Assembly (NCBI GenBank): GCA_964019335.1
Contig: OZ025669.1
Coordinates: 620,001 to 684,000 of the forward strand
Length of the DNA: 64,000 bases
Reading direction: 5' to 3'
Source: Diplonema japonicum
Lineage: Eukaryota; Protista; Euglenozoa: Diplonemea
Shown here: piece after piece, positions 59,990 through 64,000 of the stretch
How the letters are laid out: every line of letters begins with the position of its first letter
How positions within the stretch are numbered: the stretch's first letter is position 1
Notes under the pieces: model-generated
Database searches by the model: none
Told to the model about the DNA's origin: nothing
Seen by the model: only the letters and a program-made list of their open reading frames with translations
Program-made: the position numbers and the translations under genes

Positions 59990-61080
59990 CATGTTTTGGG
60001 GGTTTAAGAACATGAACAATCGTATTCCCATGAACAACATATTTGTTCGTACTCTCTTTTCAAACAAAAGAATGAGCTTGTCTAATGTGGAAACATCAGA
60101 CTCCTTAGAGCCATTCTGCACACTTCATCTCTTGCAGCCTGTGCCACCAAGGCCATGCCAGTGGAATCAGCCTGCACCACATCTGTGGTGTCTGCAAAAG
60201 GGGCACAGACACGGATCGTGAAGTTCAGGAAACCCACGTCATCTTCACCAAGGAATTGGTACAGGGACGAAATGGAAATCATAGTTTCAACAATTGAATT
60301 CCATCTCGTCTCTGTATAAGCCTTGATGAAGTGGATTTCGTTTGATCTAACACCATTAACCTCCTGGACGTTTCTCAGTCCAAGGGTACCACTTTGTGTT
60401 GTCCATTTCCTCACCAAGTTCTTTTTTTTTTTTTTTCTGATTTGGTGTCTTTTTAAAAAAAAAAAAAGATCAATATAACATGAAAACAAACTCTACATGG
60501 AGAGTCTGTTCCTGGCCACAAAAAACACAAAGAATACCTGAATCAGTGTTGGTGTCAGTGTTGGTGGCTGCAGTGTCAGTGTCCACAGTGTCTTGCATCT
60601 GGGTCAAGCAAAACTGCTCAGCGATCTTCTCAAGTGCACACTGCATGGTGCTGGCATTGTCTGCACAGACAGAAAAAACAAGGATTCCCCTCTTTTTTTT
60701 CTTTTTTTTTCCCACTTCTTCCCTTTTTATCCCCTTCTTTCCCTTTCTCCCCCAAACCGTTCAAAGCTCATTGATCATCTCCATGATGTGCTTTGTGATC
60801 TCTGCAGCAGTCGCTCTCACCTTCAAGAGATCAATTATCTGTGTTGTGTTTGTCCTTCAGATGATTTCCCACTCCTAGAAAACTGCCCTCAGTTGGAAAA
60901 GAAAACTAGTTTGGCACTTTGTCTGTTTGTGCACTTATTTTACCTGATAATATTGTTAACACTCTGTATCAGGTTTTTGAAAAAACAGACCTTGCAAAAA
61001 TAGCTGCACTCACCGTCTGAAAGGCTGAAGCCAAGAATGGTTCAACGGTTGAAGGTAGCACCATCAACCATCAAGAAGTC
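59990..61080 (-). pseudogene. Decayed hAT-family transposase fragment
   Basis: Ordered motifs LMVDGAT, TAAEITKHI, VCADNASTM, ETRWNS, APFADTTDVVQ, FLNP; broken by TGA stops, frameshifts and A-runs. Confidence 0.75.
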
Positions 61081-61182
61081 CAGTCTGGTCTGGTCCAGTC
61101 TGGTCAGTCTGGTCAGTCCAGTCAGTCTGGCATAATTGGGTTGAAATTCACACTGGATCTGGTCTGGTCCAGTCTAGTCCTA
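61081..61182. repeat. CAGTCTGGT-type short tandem repeats, probably a CpG-decayed transposon subterminal array; also at ~63893-63945
   Basis: Repeated cagtctggt/ctggtc units at two loci. Confidence 0.65.
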
Positions 61183-61765
61183 ATTAGGATTCACCCATCA
61201 CTGCTCAGGGTGCTACAGTAGGGTTATTCCATGCTTTGGGATTGGCTTGGAGGGCTTGTTCCCTACCCCCATGTCAATATCACTCTTGCATGTTTCTTTT
61301 CCCTTTCATCTGCTTCTCCCTCTTTCCCCCCTTGTCAATTCACTTTTTCACTACTGCTCTCTTTGGCTTCCTTCTGTTAACTCTTCTCATCATTTAAAAC
61401 CTACCCTTACATATTTTTTGTTTACCATAGCTCACATTAGTTTCAGCCAAAGCTTGAGTCATTTCCTTGATCACCATAGCTGGGTTGTAGCTTCTTGCAT
61501 TCTGCATCATTTCCTTAATCTGTGGCCAGGTTGTAGCTTCTTCTGTGTTCCGTGTTGTGTCCTTAATGTGTGTGGTGTACAGCTCAACCCCACCTGCTTT
61601 TCCCCCGTTATAAAACATGTGCCATGTTGTGCACTGTGTTGTGCACCCTGAGTTGCATACATTGTGTGCAATGTCAGGTATGCCATATGTGCTCTGCTGG
61701 GGATTGCCCACAAAGGTCACACCCTAGACCCTACAGTGGTCTACAAGGCCATTTCAACCCTAGCC

Positions 61766-62274
61766 ATCCCGTTTATCCTCAAATGGCTGAAAGCCCTCAA
61801 GTGGGGCAAGGATGGTGGGCAGGTGTCCAAGGTGTAACTTGCAGTTGACCTAATTGCAACAGAAAGGATCCACATGGAGGGTGAAGACCTAGTGAGCTGG
61901 GCAAGAAAAATCAGCAGAATCCTAAGAGTTTTGGACAGGATTCACCAAAAAGGCATGGGGAGTCACCTGATTCCAGCAGAACCTAGGAAATCAGTACACT
62001 CTTTGCATACCCTAGGGCTCCACAGCCAACCCATCACTGGGTACTCCACTTGTCCAGTCTTTGCAACCCCAAAGGTCACCCACCCTATCCTAGAGGAACA
62101 GTGATGAACTCATTGCATCCTCAACAACTCGCTAGTTGGTTTCACACCCAAGCTGCTGAAAAGATACCATGATGGCCTAAGGCACTACCACAACAGAAGG
62201 GATCAAACACTAGATGAGTTGATTGTCATTAGGTGATCCTGTCACATACTGCAGGTTCCCTCAAAGACATCTTT
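61766..62274 (+). repeat. 509-bp repeat, copy B
   Basis: Inverted match to 57584-58093; ORFs 57752-57985(-) and 61874-62104(+) are near-identical. Confidence 0.85.
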
Positions 62275-62688
62275 ATCTACAAGTATTTGCCAAAATAGAA
62301 GTGGGTTTTTACCTCTTCTCCTTTCCTTTTTTTTTCTTTCCCCTTTTTCTCATAAAACACTGATAAATGCAATTGATAGAGGGTCCCCTAGACCCCACCA
62401 GTCTGGCTGACACTGCCCATCCCTTTTTTTACTTTTTTTTTTTTGCTTTGTACTTTTCTTGCAAAGGCCTCTTTTTAATATTTTTTTCAAAGCAGGTCTC
62501 CAAACCCCCTGACATTTTTTAATTTTTTTTTTACAAAACCCAGGGGGGTGGGGGCAAAAAAATTTTTTTTCTAGGGATCCTCACTCAATTAGCACCCTCA
62601 AAACAGACTTTTTTGGGAATTTTTGGCCAAAAAAAAATGGTGTGCAGCTCAACCCTAGCCAGTGCTGGCAGACATGGGGAACATGGTG

Positions 62689-63416
62689 GAACTTGGTGGA
62701 ACAGGGAATTCCTTACCTAATTTTTTTCATTCTTGAACACCCAATTTGGTCCTGAAAATGGAATTCTGAACAGCCAATGGAAATTTTGACCCCACTTGGA
62801 CTGAAAAAAATCTTTCAAAAATCACTTTAGGAATTTTCCTTTGGGTCAGGTAGTCTTTTCTGACAGATTTTCTGGTTTTATTGGGGTGTCTTGTTGGGTT
62901 AGGTTATTTTTTAAAACAACCTGCCAATAAAGTACAGTAAAACAGGGGGGGGGGGGGGTAAATACAAAGAATGAGAAAAGGTAAGTTATAAAGGAAAGAA
63001 AAATGACAGATGGACCATTACTAGGCCAAGTATAGGTGCCCTTTGTGAAAAAAATCTTATTTTCTGAGGTAAAATATCACTATTCAGGTGTTTTTGACAA
63101 TTTTTTTGTGAGGAAAAAAAATTCTTTGGGCACTTTTTTTTTGACCCATGACCATCTCACTTTCACTATTAGCCTTATTAAGGTCTAGAATAGGTATTTT
63201 TGAGGGGAAAAAAATTTTTTTTTTGAGAAAAAATCAATTTAAGGGTGTTTTGGCCACTTTTTTTGGGTTAAAGACATGAACAGAATGCAGAAGAAGCTGC
63301 ACATTTTACCTAATAAAATAGCTCATTATGCTGCCATCAACTAGTTTTTAGTCTTGACAATAATATTTAAGTTAAAACAAAAAAAAAGGTAAGGAATTCC
63401 CTGTTCCACCAAGTTC
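62689..63416. mobile_element. AT-rich segment bounded by a perfect 30-bp inverted repeat (MITE-like)
   Basis: GAACTTGGTGGAACAGGGAATTCCTTACCT (62689-62718) is the reverse complement of 63387-63416. Confidence 0.55.
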
Positions 63417-63798
63417 TGGTTCTGCCATTCCACCAAGTTCTGACTTTCAGTTTGGTGGAAGGGAATGGAATGACCCACCCCTGCATGAGCAGAATCTTGG
63501 TTACCCAAGATGCCCCAGCTGGGGCTGAACACCACACACATTAAGGACATGACACAGAATGCAGAAGAAGCTACAACTTGGCTGTGGTGTACCCCTGTAA
63601 TCAAGTAGTCTTGTGCAGGTCCTTTAACTTATATATCTCTCACCATGGCCAGGTTGTAGCTTCTTCTGTGTTCTGCATCAATCACCACAGCTGGGTTGTA
63701 TTACATCCAAATACAACATTTCCAGACATATGTACATACCTGCAGCTGCAGTGCACTGGCTTGATGGAGCTGTGCATGTCTGTGGTATGAAGAAAAAG

Positions 63799-63831
<33 letters not shown>

Positions 63832-63945
63832 TGTCCAAAAATATTTGAAAAAAAAGTGTTTGCAGGTGTGTCAAAAATTGCAGAAAATTTTTGAGTCTGG
63901 TCAGTCTGGTCAGTCTGGTAAATGGGTACACCAGACCAGACTGGA

Positions 63946-64000
63946 CAGTGTTGGTCCAGACCCTTGAGGGACTCAGGGGACTCTAAGGGACAGGACAGGA
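63946..64000. mobile_element. Start of a hAT-type element running off the window
   Basis: CAGTGTTGG terminus followed by GGGAC repeats. Confidence 0.65.

Noticed and set aside
1-64000. tRNA, rRNA or spliced-leader RNA genes; a prokaryotic operon or defence island
   Set aside because: None recognisable by eye; introns, eS25, a HECT ligase and eukaryotic kinases show the DNA is eukaryotic. A tRNAscan/Infernal run would be needed to exclude small RNAs.

Overview
Eukaryotic genomic DNA, most likely from a euglenozoan protist such as a diplonemid. This is inferred from gene order, AG acceptors just upstream of ATGs and a trypanosomatid-type receptor adenylate cyclase; the organism is not established. 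Positions 1-57.4 kb form a very compact cluster of about 24 protein genes, all on the minus strand, with spacers often of 50-120 nt and very short GT-AG introns (30-95 nt). Recognisable products are ITFG2, a signal-peptide class I heme peroxidase, a PAP2-like membrane protein, a 2372-aa Cys-rich/CUB/EGF/LamG membrane protein, three tandem RPS25 genes, a ~4200-aa LRR-LamG-SPRY-HECT ligase, a PDK1-like kinase, a TPR protein, a pseudo-PARP/B-box protein, a kinesin-like/2xLamG/IQ/pseudo-caspase fusion, an adenylate cyclase, biotin-protein ligase, a DUF1769-PH protein, a bacterial-type secreted protein, a LAMMER kinase and an FKBP-like protein. Positions 57.5-64 kb are a nested transposon graveyard: a decayed hAT transposase, CAGTGTTGG-ended MITEs, a 510-bp inverted duplicate and a 50-bp minisatellite element. 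The strongest unexplained signal is CpG->TpG/CpA decay confined to this repeat block, which extends into the adjacent FKBP gene while the other genes stay CpG-rich. This points to repeat-targeted cytosine methylation or a RIP-like genome defence. All comparisons and counts were made by eye.
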